The notes under the pieces: model-generated | What the model was told of the DNA's origin: nothing | Database searches by the model: none | What the model saw: only the letters and a program-made list of their open reading frames with translations | Assembly (NCBI GenBank): GCA_002633005.1 | Contig: NMRA01000281.1 | Span: 17,123 to 81,122, forward strand | Length of the DNA: 64,000 nucleotides | DNA from: Phoronis australis | Lineage: Eukaryota; Animalia; Phoronida | Direction: 5' to 3' | Made by a program: the position numbers and the translations under genes | Shown: positions 23,953 through 38,200 of the stretch, one piece after another | Layout of the letters: every line of letters starts with the position of its first letter | Position numbering within the stretch: the first letter of the stretch is position 1

Positions 23953-24431
23953 CAGACGTAAAGGGGTTGTGAGCATGTGATAACATCTAGCTCATTTGTT
24001 AACTGCCAAGCACAGTCTTTGGTCTGGTAAGACAACAGGCAGGCCAATCAGGCTTATTACAGACCACGTGTGACTGAACACAGTCAAACCCGGCCAGAGC
24101 GAATTAGTGCGTTCGGAAAGAATAGATTGTCGTAACTTCGGTTGTAGTTATGCGATTTTGGCGATTCAAAACTAAACATGATCAGCATTTGACGAGAAAT
24201 TCAGAAATGCTATTGGTTTATGTTCAAATATGTTATAATAACTTATTAACAGTTTTATTTTTCACAGCACAGCACAGTCAGGCTAGACTTTGGGAGATTA
24301 GTAGAGCAATTATCGAACAAAAGAGAGCTGGCCGTCCAACCACTGTAAGATTGGCTACAGGGGTCATCTTCCCAACTCATTGTTGGGCTATCAATCGAAC
24401 AAGTTGGGATCAACGGGAAAACGCCATAATG
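23953..24431 (+). repeat. Unclassified interspersed repeat family B (also about 15937-16460, 17246-17782, partial 45041-45235)
   Basis: Shared blocks TTTGTTAACTGCC, GCAGGCCAAT, GAATAGATTGTC, GGAGATTAG, GTAAGAT..TGGCTAC, CCCAACT...AAGTTGGGA. Confidence 0.75.
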
Positions 24432-24544
24432 AGGCCTAGGCCTAAGTCCCATTTTTGATAGTCCCTGGCGTGCCGACTCAGTGCAATCTGTTAAAAAGTA
24501 CCGTGTAACTCCTTTATAACAGCGTTTGGACAAAGCGCGCATAC

Positions 24545-24628
24545 TAAAACTCATATGGTGTCACACCATATGAGTTTTACACTTCGATGGCTACTTTTAG
24601 AAGTTCTAAAAGTAGCCATCGAAGTGTA
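24545..24628. repeat. Two abutting perfect palindromes (16-bp arms with 3-nt loop; 25-bp arms with 1-nt loop)
   Basis: TAAAACTCATATGGTG-TCA-CACCATATGAGTTTTA overlaps by TA with TACACTTCGATGGCTACTTTTAGAA-G-TTCTAAAAGTAGCCATCGAAGTGTA. Confidence 0.95.
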
Positions 24629-26206
24629 TCTCGTTAAGACTGATCTGCCTAATTTCGTTTTTACCCAGTTAAAGCTTTTAGAAAATCTTCAGTAGGCTAT
24701 ATTAAATGACGTATGGTTTTAATGGAATGTCGTTTAAGAACGGCTGACGCATTAATTAGGCCTACTCAACAGCTTCCCACGGGCCTTGAGGAGAGCCCAG
24801 CAATCTGGCGACTACTAGGCCTCATGATAGGGAACGACTATAGCATATATCAGTCCTTGAAAGAAAGCCGACAAATATGAACCACCGGTACATACCTGGA
24901 TGCCCTCCGTTAGTCAAACATACAAAGTAGGCCATGAACATGAGATTTCGGATGTGAAAATATGACATCTTACAGCTAGTCTGCTTGCAGTCTTTGCTGG
25001 GCCTTTAAATCTCCCGCGTTTCGGTAAAATCATAATTCGAGTGTCACTAGTATACGCAATTTTCTCAAACGTTGGCTAAAAGCTGTTTATACTGATGCAG
25101 AACGATTTTATTCAAACACTGAATGTAAATAAAGCACACTGGCATCTTTTCAAGATTTTTTTTATTTAATTCGAATGACATATTTTTGTAATACAGGACA
25201 TCCGGTTTCGCAGACGTAATAAACGAAAAGGTCTGTAGTCCATATTTTCATAATTTTGGTTCTGTTGTTTTGTTATATTATTCACGACTCATTTAAATGC
25301 GTTGCCTGTAGGTTAATGAGTGTGCGCCATGTATACTACATGTGATTGTTTAGTCTCATCGACGGTTTGTCTCGTGTCAATTGAATCTCTTCATCGATTC
25401 TGCGACCCACCCATCGACCGACACGACACACGCACTGATAGACAGTGGCCCCAGTAGAGACGATGAAGTTCTTATAGGATCTTGATGCGCCAGAAGCTGT
25501 TCAATTTTCTCACTCTGAGTAAAACATCATCTAAGTCACCTTGTTATAAGTACCTTTTGCACATAGAGGGACACCTCAGGTCATAGTGATGAGTGGCTGA
25601 TGAAAGTTCCTGTGTCACATGTCACATTGTCATGGTCACTAGGTGCTGGAACATCCTAATCCAGACTGTACGCTGGAAGGTTTTCTGCAAATTACGCTAA
25701 ATTCAGCCTTAGCTGTCAAAGTCACCTTACTATGTGTGCCTTTCGAGTGAACTAGTTTGCTGGAGGCATTGTACTGGCCAATTTTTATCGCATTTCCTTA
25801 GCGAAAGAAGGATTCTACACTAACTTCTCTCATGGAATTCAATTTCAGAACCCAGATACATTAAAAATTTGCTTAAAGTTGATTAATATCCCAATAATTC
25901 AAAAATCCTGACCTTTGTGCTTTTTAAACTTGTCACGGCCAAATTCAATTTCAGTGCACTGACAAGTCAAAACAGGTTTATGTGGAGAACTCTTGAGAAT
26001 GATTAGCATTATTCCACTAGCCTCTGCCATCTTGGACTGGCAGCAGTGACTTGGTGAAGTTGGCTCCTATAGTACTATTTGCTCATTAATAACTTTAAAA
26101 TGCTTTCTGTTTCAGGCTTTTGAAAGGATCCTAATTTTCAGCTCTCTCAAAAAGCCATCAAATGCAAGTGTACTCATGCTGATCATGATGATTGGATGGG
26201 CCGCTG

Positions 26207-29200
26207 ATGGACCAGTTAAAACGCTCCTATAGATCACCTGTTGAGAAGGGATCAGTCACGCCAACTTCATTTGATTCCTTCAGTAATGTCGTTGCCTATG
26301 ACACTGAATTCAAGGCTCCAATTTTATCGGGCACTTCAGGTATGCTTACGAAAGACTGGTTTTGGCTCATGACTTGCTGTGAAGCTTGTTCTTAACTGTT
26401 GTAGTTTCTTTGCAGAAAGAACTACTATACATGACTCTATAAATTCAAGTAATAACTGCGTATGTTCAACTCTTCCAAGAACTGCCAAACTGTAGTCATG
26501 GCTCTACAAACTCCAGAACTCAAATCAAAACTTACTTTTGGTAAATATTGTTGTAACGCCCATTGAAGCAAAAGAAACTATGGGTGCTAGATTTTTCACG
26601 TGAAATGGATTGATTCTCGTTGACTATTTTCTTCATTCACTCCTGACCAGTTGATGTCCATTTTAAATTATGAGGCTATTGTAAGTTACGTCAGAGTGCA
26701 CACAATAGTGGCTATGGGAACCTACTGAGTGTCTCATTGACTGGGATAATTGAATATGGAACAGAAATGTGCATGGGATCAAAGGTCACGCATATAAACG
26801 ATGTTTACTAAAAGAGTTTTGCCTGTTGTGGATTTCTAAGTGTCTTTACTTAAATAACAGATTTCTATAATTTGTGAACTTGAATATTTGTGGATGTCAC
26901 AGATCATGTGAAAGTCATTACTTCTTTAAATCAGAAGATGCAAATTCTTTAAAAAACTTTTGTTTTACAAATCCGTCATGAGGCTTCCAGCATGTGTGAG
27001 AACTACTGTTTATTACTGGTAAAGGTGGGCAGAACTGTGTCATTGTAGGCACTGGATGCATATGGGATTCTGGCATTGAGAGGGGTCAGGGGTTACCCAT
27101 GCCTTTTGTTTAAAGCTCTTCCTTCATTCTTATGGATTTGTTCTTCTATGAGTTCAGGTGCTTCAAAATTTTGTTAGCTCTTCGTAGCAAAGACAAAAAT
27201 TGAGTTGCAAAAAATTGTTTCAGGTGAAAATGTTGATTTAGAAGGTACTATGAGGACATTGATTAAGGATGCCTATTCAGACAGAAGTGCACAGAGAAGG
27301 ACAGAGTCGACTGCTTTAGGTGACGAAGGACAGAATCTTCAAGAAATGAACAGCCACAAAGGACAGGATCTTCAAGAAATGACTAGCCACGAAGCATGGT
27401 CACACTTTCAGGTTTGTCAAAAAAAATTTGCATAAAAGACAAATGATCGTGTTACCGGACTATAGTCCTGGGGCTTTCTTAGCCTAATTTATGCATTAGC
27501 TCCATATTTTGTAGACTTCTGTACTCTTGCTGAGACAATATAGAGTCAATTACGTATAATAGAACAATTAGTTAGTGATTGCTTTGCAGTTGATGCGTGT
27601 GTTTTAGTTCATGCTGTGTTCCAGTGTCACGGTATTTCAGTCTCATGAAACTGGTCTCATTATATTTCTTACTTTAAAAAGGCTTCAGAGTTCATTAGGG
27701 TTGGCCAGCCCTAAAATTGCAGATTCGAAAGTGGCACATGTAGGCATTGCCCTTGACTTGAGTTAGTAATGGAAATGAAATGCTATCATGCTAAAGAATA
27801 TTATGACATTGATTTGATGGGTGAAAAGCTCATTTATTGATTTTTTGTTTTTGCCTACTAAACAGGCAGAAATGCAGCTGAAATTTTCCCCCAACTTTCT
27901 GTAGAAATGCCCAAATTGAATTAATAGAATTCTTACTGAAAAACTGTCGTTACAGTATCATTATTAGCATCATATTATGAAATATTCTTGTTCACTTCAG
28001 CCCACAGAGAGTCGGCCATCTCCTACTGGAGCTTGCAGTGATGAAGATGTCAGTGCAGTCGCTGCAATTGAAGTCGGTCAGTACCTGAGCCTACGGTAGT
28101 TTTCTACAGGATTAGACAACAAAATTTTGGTGAACAATATTGCAACTGAATGCCTATTTCATTTGGACTAGACTCCATTTTAATTCTAGCTAAATATTGA
28201 CAAAATGTCAACATGTGTTGCTCCAGGCAACAAATCATGACAACCTACGATGCAAGGCCATTTACAATTCAACAAGGAGGGGCTTGGCACATTAATGTCA
28301 TTTTAAATTCTGTCTAAATAGTGATAAAAACACCAGTATATTGCCACAAAATGTTTTAATAAACTGCCAAACAATTCTGGCAAGAAGCTCGTCGTAGTTG
28401 GAGCGAGTTGTGTCGTAGTCTGGACTGGACTTATGTTGCGCAGTTCAAAGCGAAACTACAGACCATTTCAAAAGTGGAGGACAAGTTTGACCAGGCTTAA
28501 CACACCAAAATGCAGCTTAAAATGTTACCCTGGACATGCAGTAGTACCGTAACTATGTAGAAGGCTCAGCACTTACCTGCGTTATTTCAAAATTTGCACA
28601 TTTTTTTCTAGCAAACACAGAATGAATAGAGAATTGTGTCATTGAAATATACAATGGCACAATGACAGTTGCACAGTTATTTGATATTATTATGTCAAAT
28701 TTAATGGGAACATAGCCATTGTTTGTCTAACGTTTAGTAAAAATACTGATCCCCATTATCTTGAATTACTCCACCTTCCCTGGGGAGTCTTTACTCTTCA
28801 TTGAACAATTGAATATGGTGCAGCCGTTCCAGCAAAAGACCCACATCCTGGTTCTACAACCACTTCCACCGAGCAAATGCATTCACCAATGACCACTATC
28901 TATGTCAGTCATCCATGTGACTGGAAAACCAATATGCAGTCCCATCAGATTAGATTGTCAGTAGGCTTAGCAGATGAGGCAGCAATGTAACTGTAGCTCT
29001 TTAGTCAGGGGTGGCAAGAAGACACTGTAACTTTAGGAAGACATTGAGAAACCCACACTGTTATCAGTTAACATGCTTTCTCACTTTCCTGTTATTTCGT
29101 AAGCACCATGCTCAAACGTTTTTGGTTGATGGAAAGTTTTTTTATTCCAAGGTGAATATCAAGTGACTATGGTATTCATGTTTTGCCTCTTTTGTTGCAG

Positions 29201-32200
29201 GTAAATTACAAAACAGTCCTGTGATTACAACCAGGGAGGCCAAGGAAGGGGTAATGATGCTTGATTTACTGGCACAATTTAGAATTTATTTTGGGACTTC
29301 TTTGCTTTTGTTGAGAATCTATTACTATTGTGATTCTCTTAATTCACACAAAAATAATTACCAAGATGACCAGTTTTCCAACACTGTAGCTGATTACCAT
29401 TTATCAAATAATGTAAACTTTAGCAAACATTGTTTTATGACGTATACACACTATAAACCGTGTTTGTGCAGGACAATAATGATATTACTCTTGTTACTTT
29501 TGTGGAGTAATATAACATCAACAGAATGTCATGCCAGTCTTATTGCTAAGTAAGTGAAGAGTGTCAGTTACTGCATTTGTTTGCTTGATGTTGGAAAAGC
29601 TCTTTGGTATCTTTTGTCATGTAGTTAAGGATGTTCTCCTCAAAACCATTATGCTGAATGTCTGTTTGGCATTTTCAAAAATCCACTTTTCCATGACTTC
29701 TGTCTTCCTGTTGATGTTGTTGGCTAGGCCGTTTTTGTGGAAGCTGCACAACCTTTGGCAGTATGTTTCTGTTCATGTAGTTGATACCTGGGAATTATAA
29801 ACCCGCGCAGGTTCTCTCATGAACCCCCATGGGGACTCTTCCTTAGTGAAGGCTTATCTGGAAAGTAGTTCTGAAAAAGCCCCTGTGGGGGCTCTTTAGG
29901 GGTCGTTTTGCGTGGCACACACTTACAGAAACTAGGGGCAACATGTTATAACTGTTTTATTTTTAATCTGTCCATTAAATGATAAAGTGATCATTTAAAT
30001 TCATTTGTTGTGATTCGCCAGGCTTTATTCTTCAAACGATTAATTGTTTTAAAGCCCACATATGAATGATGGTGCTGCAGTCAGCAATACTGGTTTCTAT
30101 AAGAGCCCGCCACGTTTTGAAAAAACCCTTATCGGCTCCTCTTGATGCAAAATCACTTTGGGAAAATTAAATGACGTTTCTTAAATAGCTCGAGAAGAGA
30201 TCTTTCGGAAACCCTGCCTCTGTGAGGCATCATTCACAATTACTGCCATTTTCAAGAGTGCTATTTAAGTTAACTATCCTTTCGAGAAGGGTCCAGGCTT
30301 TCTGTAAACATTATGTTCTTGACATTATAGAAGTGGTGTTTAAGAAAACATCCTACACTTGTTGCTGTTTCCACAGTTTAGAAGCAGCCCTTGTGCTAAA
30401 TTAGTTGATGGCATGACGGTGTTGTCTGTTTACGACTTCAGTGCATGCTGTCTCAAACCCCCCGGTATATTTGTGGTTCCCCCAAAGAACAACAATAGTC
30501 AGAGCAGATCATCTGGAGACAACAATGCAAATAACGTGACAGCTACATTTTTGAGACTGGTGTCATGCTCAGACACAATGATTAAATAAGGCCTATTTTT
30601 GCTATGTCTCTGTACGGTATTTTTGTTGTTTGGAGAGTGTGCTTTGAAGTTTAAAGCATAAAGTCACACAGTTAATGTATCACTGACCTATGACAATATT
30701 AACATTTCTGTTCACTTACTAGGAGAGATGAGGGAAACTTTTGTTTCGCATACCCTTGTGAAAATGGCAGTAACTGTGAACAGTTCCATATTAGCCAATT
30801 GTTATTCTGACCAGATCTATCTTTTATTTATCAGATAACTGTCATTGGAGTCCATGCAAAGCACAGGTCAAGACCAAGCTCCTCTAGGCTGCATACCACC
30901 AAGGTAACACCGTATGTTGAAGGCGACATGGGGCAGAATCCTATGTTGATTCGTGTCAAAAGTCCAGAAATTTTACGGGAGCAGAAACACGTACCAAAAA
31001 CGACACAGCAGGAAGCACAGAACAACGCCACTTTTAATACACTTCACGTGCAAAGGAGGGATAGTGATGATGAGCATGGAAGCAATGATGAAGAGGAACC
31101 AAGAGGCTTGACGCAAGCATTTTCAGGTGAAGAGAACTTGTCAAAACTTAACAACTTTGTCGAGCTTGATTCAGGCGTCCACTTTCCAGAGACTGGCCAG
31201 TTTCTTTCAGACAGTCTCTCAAACGCCAGACCTCTTCAGGCATCTACTCCTCTTAGGCGTGAAGGCGTTGCAGCTGTACCACCACTCCGATTAGCTCTGA
31301 CCTCGGCTGAAGGTCGTAGCCGTAGTTCGAGCGAGCTAAGTCAGTCAGCTGCAGCCTCGCAGCATCCAGGAAGTGGCAATGCTGTTCATGTAGACATGAT
31401 GAAGATTATGCAAGAAAGGGCTCACTTAGAAGGGCAGGTGGAAATGATTACCAAAGAGGCCAGTGCAGCATTAGAAGAAAAAGCCAGGCTCCATTCGATG
31501 GTGTTGTCGCTACAGTCAGAACTAGCTTCTAAGCCAAGAAGTGGTGAAGTGGAGGCTTTCAACTATGATGCAAAAGACGTTACGCATTTACAAATGCACA
31601 TCGCAGAACTCGAGGATGCCATTCAGGAAAAGGCAACAAAGTCTAGTCAACTTGCTGATGAACTTGAGAGTGCCAAGAACAAGAATAAGATGTTGGTTGA
31701 GGAACTAAGTCATGTTCAGAGAGAACTCAGTGATCACGATGGTTATGTTGCGAGTCTGAAAAAGCAGGTGGCTCAACTGCAGAGTCAGGTCCAGTTGTCC
31801 CTTAAGGTTAAAAGTGAGCTTGAAGCTGAGATACAGTCTGTTAGAGGAGATCACGAGGCACTGGTCAATGCAAAAAACTGGTACCAGAATCAGCTTCAGT
31901 TTGCTCAGGAGGCTCGTGTTCAGTTGCAGAATGAACTCACAGTTTTGCAGTCAAAGACTGTCCAACAGGCTACTCTAATAGAACAGTTGAAAACCCAGAA
32001 CTCGCAGGCGAGTCATGACCTGAAGTATTCCCATCAGATGGCACTTCAGGAGAAGGAGCAGCTAGCACGCCACCTGGAGGTCATTGAGGCAGACATGGTC
32101 CAGAGAGAGGTCGGATTCGAGAGGATACGATCAGAGCAACTACAGGCAGAGGAGATACTACAAGAGAAGATTTGCCAGGTGAACGAAGAAAAGAAAAATC

Positions 32201-35200
32201 TCTCTGGCCTTGTTTCCAAGCTTGCTGAGGTGGAAGCGGAGTTAGAGGAAAAGACTCAATTATTGAAGGCTAAGCAAGACTTGGTTGAGCAAATGGAGTT
32301 GTCAGTGAAAGAGATGAGTCAAAGATTACAAGAAACTGAGCGAGTTGCAGCCGCCAGGCATCGGGAAATTGAGGAGCTGAAGGAGAACTATTTTCAGACT
32401 AACACCAACTTGTCGCAAGCAGTCCTGCAGACTAGCAATAAGGAAGAAACAATAAAACAGCTTAAGAATGAAAAGAAGTATTTGGAGACTGCTCTTCGGG
32501 AAGCGGTGATAGAGAAGAACGAATATGATGCAGCCATTCAGGTGCTGAAAGGTGACATGCAAGTGATTGAAGCTAACTTTCGCCAGATGAAGCAAGATCT
32601 GAGTGCAAAGACGAAGGAGCTTGAAGACCTTAAAATGGAAAACAGTGCTATCAATGGTGTGGTAAACGAGCTGCAAGGCCAACTGAAAACTCAACAGGCA
32701 GAATTTGAAGAGCAGACGTTAAGTGTAAGAGGAAGAAATGAAATGGTTGTGGAGATGGAGCGCCAGAAGACGGAACTAGAACACGAGTTGACTTCATTGA
32801 GGAAAGAACTGGACAGAGTGCAGGAAGCTCATCAGTTGGTAATGGAGGAGAGACAGAATCTAGAAGAACTGTTGATCATTGCTAAGAAGCATTCAAAAGA
32901 TTTGGAAACTGACCTTCAAAATGCATTGCAAGAAAAGGCTCATCTAGAAGGTCAGCTGGAGTTTGTTCACATCGAGCAATCTAAGATGAATCAGGTTACC
33001 AAGGAGAATAGTGATTTAAAGACTAGAGTGTCTCAGCTGGAAGCAAGACTGTCTGAAGACCTGTCTGCTAATAGTGTAAAGATTGCTGGGCTTGAAAGGG
33101 AAATACGGGTTTGCAAAAGCGAGCTGAAACAGAAGGAAAAACAGGGGGAATCAAGTGTTGCTGTCTTAACCAAAAAGTTGCGAGAAACCATTGAGGCCAA
33201 AGAGGCTTGTGAGAGATCTTTAGAGGAATTACAGTCGAACTCTGAGGCTGTCGAAACTGTAGAGGCATGGAAGGACAAGGTTCAGGTATGTTGTTTTCTG
33301 TTTTGGTCTGTCTTGGTAACACAGTCTATCAACACTGCAGTTCTTGAATGCTTTCAGTACTAGGACATTAGTCACTGATTGTTGACTTTCCGTTTTATAT
33401 CTTTACAGTTTAGAATAAGAACAGTGTTCATGAATCGAGCCAGTTAGAAAGTTGTCCGGCACAAGAATGACCTGAGGTCGCGTAATTACTCACAGAAATT
33501 TTATCATCAAGTTAATTGAGTTTTTCTTACACATGTTCCCATACCTGTCCTGTGTTGAATCACTTAGTGGTAGCATACAGCTACGGCCGCGAGTTGATAA
33601 TATTGAGCAATCTAAATCAGCAGATCAATGTCTCTGTCTAAAGAGTTTTTTTTTTGAAATTGGATGTTGCACCATGTAAATCTGTGAGGTGTGCCTTGAA
33701 ATCCCTTTTCAGGTGGTTTCAAGTGAACTGGAGTTAGTGAGGCAACAAAAGGTTGCCTTAGAATTACACATTGAGAAGCTCAGTATGTCAACTAGCCAAG
33801 ATGTTTCCCAGTATCAACAGAAGATTGGGCAACTGGAGACACTTGTAGAGGAACTGAAGAGCCAAGACTGTCGTCGACTGTTGGAACTGGAACGAGAGAA
33901 AGGCAGGCTCGCAGGTAATAAGCTAGTAATAATAGGAAATCAAAGTCATTTACATTTGAATGTGAATGCTAGGGTCTGTTTCTGGGTGCGACTAATGGCT
34001 TTTGTCGTTTGACTTAAGAGAAAAGTCAGAAATCTGACTACGAATAGTCAAAAGTTGATTTTTGTTTTTTGCATGTCTTGAAGCATTTTGTCATCTGTCT
34101 GGTCTAAATGACTACATATTTTGGCCATTTGACTTTGAGTTGTAGACAGATTATCTGTTTTCTGCCTTAGTCAGTTTTCTTGAAATGTGCTAAGTCATCC
34201 ATAGAATGATTTTTAGCCAAAAATCAAACATTAGAGTCAATAGGTTCTTCAAGAAACAGGCCCCAGTCAATTTTCAAAGCTCTGACAATTCATTGTTTCT
34301 GAGCCTCTGGTTGGGATCTAGGATTAAGTCCAATACCATCGTGACAAAAGGGCTCTAAACAAAGATTTGACCAAAATTCTGAGGGTCACGGGAATAAAAC
34401 TTGTTTATACACAACCGATTGAACCCACGATATGGTTGACGTATCTGGTAGTCCAACCACTGAACCACTGATCACACTCTGTGGGTAAATATACCGCGGC
34501 TGTATTTTTGTGAAATGACCTGTGTCGAGTTACATGAATTAATGGGTGTACTCTTATAATAAGAAAATTCTTCATTTTTGCAAAAAAAAAATTTTTGAAA
34601 AGTTGCCTTTTTTGAAGGGTGACATGTGACTGATGTAGAAACCTGGCAAATAATGAACACAGATTTTTTGTGACGTTCATTTTAAATTTTTGTATTAAAA
34701 ATATTTAACGGATTGAAATATATTTTTGTGCCATATTGCATACTAAATTAATCAAGAATAGACCTTTTGCTAGATAAGAAACAAGAGGATTTTTGACACA
34801 CTTTCTTTTGCATCATAGTGCCAGCCTGTTACAGGAATTGGCATGAGTTTTGTTAGACCTAGTGCTGATTTTCAATATGTCCGGCTATAAAACTTATGCA
34901 AATGTTAACTACAAGCTGCTGATTTGTTTTCCATTTTCTGCTATGCTTGGAAAGCAGTAAGTAGTCTCATTACCGTTAGTCAGTTACTTGGCTGTGTATC
35001 TTCACCTGTTAGGAATACAACAGAGTCACTTGGCCCTGAAGCAGCACGCTAATGTCCTGGAAGACGCAGTGGGTCGTCGAGAGGTGTTGCTTGCTGAGGT
35101 CAAGTCACAGTTTGACCGTGACATGGCGGACCGTGACCGTAAGGAGCAAGAATTGACGCGGAAACTGCAGCATTATGAGGAGCAATGGCAGAAGGAGAGA

Positions 35201-38200
35201 ACAAGCAACAAGCAGGTGAAGCAGAAGGTAAGGGTCATAGCCACACAATACAATCATGCTTATCGGCCTGACTTGACATACAGTGGGGTGCAGTGCAGTT
35301 CACTTCATGTCATACCGTCAGTTTCGACGTAAATTATTATTATTTTTATGCGCCCACATATTTATATGTGGACGCATTATGCCGTCATCTCCATCCGTCT
35401 GTCCATGCGACGTCCGTCCGTGCGGCGTCCGGCGCCCGTCCGTCTGGTGTCCGGCATCCGAGTACCGATGTGCCCCTTAGTGGCAATTTTAGTTTTTTAT
35501 GCTTACAATTGTATCTTCAAAAGTCATTAACAGATTTTTATTAAATTTTAAATATAGCCATCTATTGGTGTGATGACGCTATCCTCCTGTTTTTGGATGG
35601 AATCGAGGTTTTTTTGCGCCACCTAGTAGCCATTTTTGCTGTTTTCAAATCTTGTTTTTGGCGTTCACCCCTGTATCAACCAAATCATTTGAAAATTGGC
35701 AGATATGTTCTCAGTGTGAAGACGACCCTTGATGATGGTGACTGACTACTGTGGCACCTACTAGTGGTAGTTTTGTTTTGCGCCCATAATTGTATCTCCT
35801 AAATCCACTGCAGGATCTTTATTAAATTTTGTAAGTGTATTCATATGAAGATAACAACAGCCGACGACGACTTTCAGGTGGATACAACAGACACTCTGCC
35901 CACTAGTGGCAATTTCATTTTATTCGGTTTTCCTTTGTTTCTCTGAAGTTCCTTGACAGATTGATATGAAATGTACAATGTTCCTATTTTTGGATGGATT
36001 GTATGTTTTTGCACCATCTAGTGGCCATTTTTATGATTTTAAGTAAAGAACCCTAAAACCACACCATTTGCAATGCATTCGTGGGTGCATTTCAATGCTC
36101 CGCCTTGCTCGTGTTTAATGTTTAGTACAAAAAAATATAATGTACCACAGTAGGAGTTAAGTCCAGACAACATATCTTGTCGTAAATTATGCTCGTAAGC
36201 GGGATCTTGCATTAAGTGGTCTTTGACTTGGCGACGATCGTAAGCACTCTTACAAGGTGACCCTGCCAAGTGGAGAGTCTCAGCTATACATTCAAGGAAC
36301 GATTGATTATTAACTATGGCACAGAATTCCAATAAGACAAAAATTGAAGATGAATTAGTTTCGTTTTTAGATAGAAATGCAAACTGGGATTGTGTATTAT
36401 TAAGCCGATGAGAGTCAGTTGTCATAGTGACAATATCCAAGAATATGACAATAAATCGTCACATTATGTACACTGGCTTTAATGGGAAATGATTTGTGTT
36501 TAGGGTCAGCAGGCTAAGACATCTGATTGGTTCTCGATGACGACTTTTGGTTTACAGACCAAATCTGATGTCTCGGCCACTGACCTAGTGGAACCTGAAT
36601 CAGGTGCAGCTCATTGTGTTGCCACAAAATAGACCTTTACTTGAAGTTAATCTGCAGTTAATTCCAACAGGTTCTTGCATAACCTGTTTGCTGACCAAAA
36701 TCTTTTGGGCCAGTTTTGGAAAAAAACAAATTTGACAAGTCTGGTGGAAAATTGACAACTTTTTGAAACCACTCGGCGACAAGTTTTGGCAGTTTTTGAG
36801 TTGCTTATAGTGCCTCAATTAAAATCGTTGCTTGAATTTTGCAATATTAAAGCCTTCTACAGTGCTGTAAGTGCTCACATTTTACCATTTAATAGACCTA
36901 CATACTATAATGCTAAAAATGAAGTAAAATGTCTCAAGTTTGTAGAGAACCGTTTTAAAAAACCCTCATTTTATTGCAAGCTCAATTGGAAGACTTTTTA
37001 CTGTAATTGCTAATTTAGAAATGTTTTATGTCAAGTGCCAGGTGTTTCTACCTTCTTTCTATGGGTCTTGATAAGTAAATTCATTTGAGGGAAAAAACAT
37101 GACTGTACTTCTTGTTTACTTAATTCATTCACCTTGATTTAACTCATCCACTGTATAGAAAATAATGCTCAAAAGACCTGTCTAGTGAGGTCTGTCTCGT
37201 CAATGTAACAGATTTTTTTTTTTTTACATTCCTACTTGACACTATTGCTGAGGGCTGTTCCAGTAAAATCCGTGTGGGAGGGGGGGGACAGCAGCAGAAA
37301 TAAAAATTCATGGGTGGTGGTCTTCAGAAAAAAACTCAAATTATGGGTGGTCATTCCTGTAAGAAGTGATGCATTAAAAATGGGTGGTGTTTTTTGACCT
37401 GTTAATGTTGATCCCAATAACAAAGAGCCCATATTGCCGGTGAACAGAGTGCAATATGTTCACTAAGCCATTAATCAAGTCTTGGGCAACTTGATTTGAG
37501 TTAACTGTCTGTCTGCAGTCCTATTGAATTGAAGTTATGCAACACTAAACTGGTGTTAACACATATAAGAAAATTGATGATTTTAAATAAAAAGTATGAG
37601 GAGTAAGATAAACAAGTTCCAATATTCACTTGACATAGAAGTATAAAAGAGTTCCTGGAGACAGTTTGAGATTCATAGATCCTTATAATTGAAAAAATGT
37701 TCATTGAAATTATAGACACATGGTGAACAGAGACACCTGGTGGCTGCCAAAAGTATTGCTCACAGGCTACTTTAGTTTTTGACAATATTGGACAAGACAA
37801 CTAGTTCTTGTCTGTCAATCATTTAAGTTCTCAACAGGTCCTCCTGGAGGCAATTTGTTTGCAAGCGTTGGATTTTATATTTTAACCTATTAAAAATAAT
37901 TAAAAAATTATGGGTCATGGGTTGGAGAATTAAATGAAAAATATGGGCGGTGGGTACGAAATAAAAGTGCCTTCCCCCCCTCCCATACAGATTTTGCTGG
38001 AACAGCCCTGAGGAAAGTTTAGCCAAGTAATTATGAGAGCATCACAGACTAGAAATTCTAATTTAATGTAGAAATCATCTAACTTGCTTTTGTGTGTATG
38101 TTCTCAAAGAGGTTGCACTTTGGCTCAAGTGAGATTTAATTACAGAAATAGTTATGTGGAGCGTAATACCAAATTTCTGACTTAAGTCTTCACTTTCATG

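Noticed and set aside
30928-33363. 811-aa ORF as a standalone gene (myosin or SMC-like)
   Set aside because: It is bounded by splice sites that join in phase to flanking exons, and the motifs fit golgin-160.
33970-34264. Weak TIR pairs here and at about 3690-3915, 29807-30217 and 55004-55596
   Set aside because: Probably old MITEs, but the TIRs are short or degenerate and the TSDs are not convincing.
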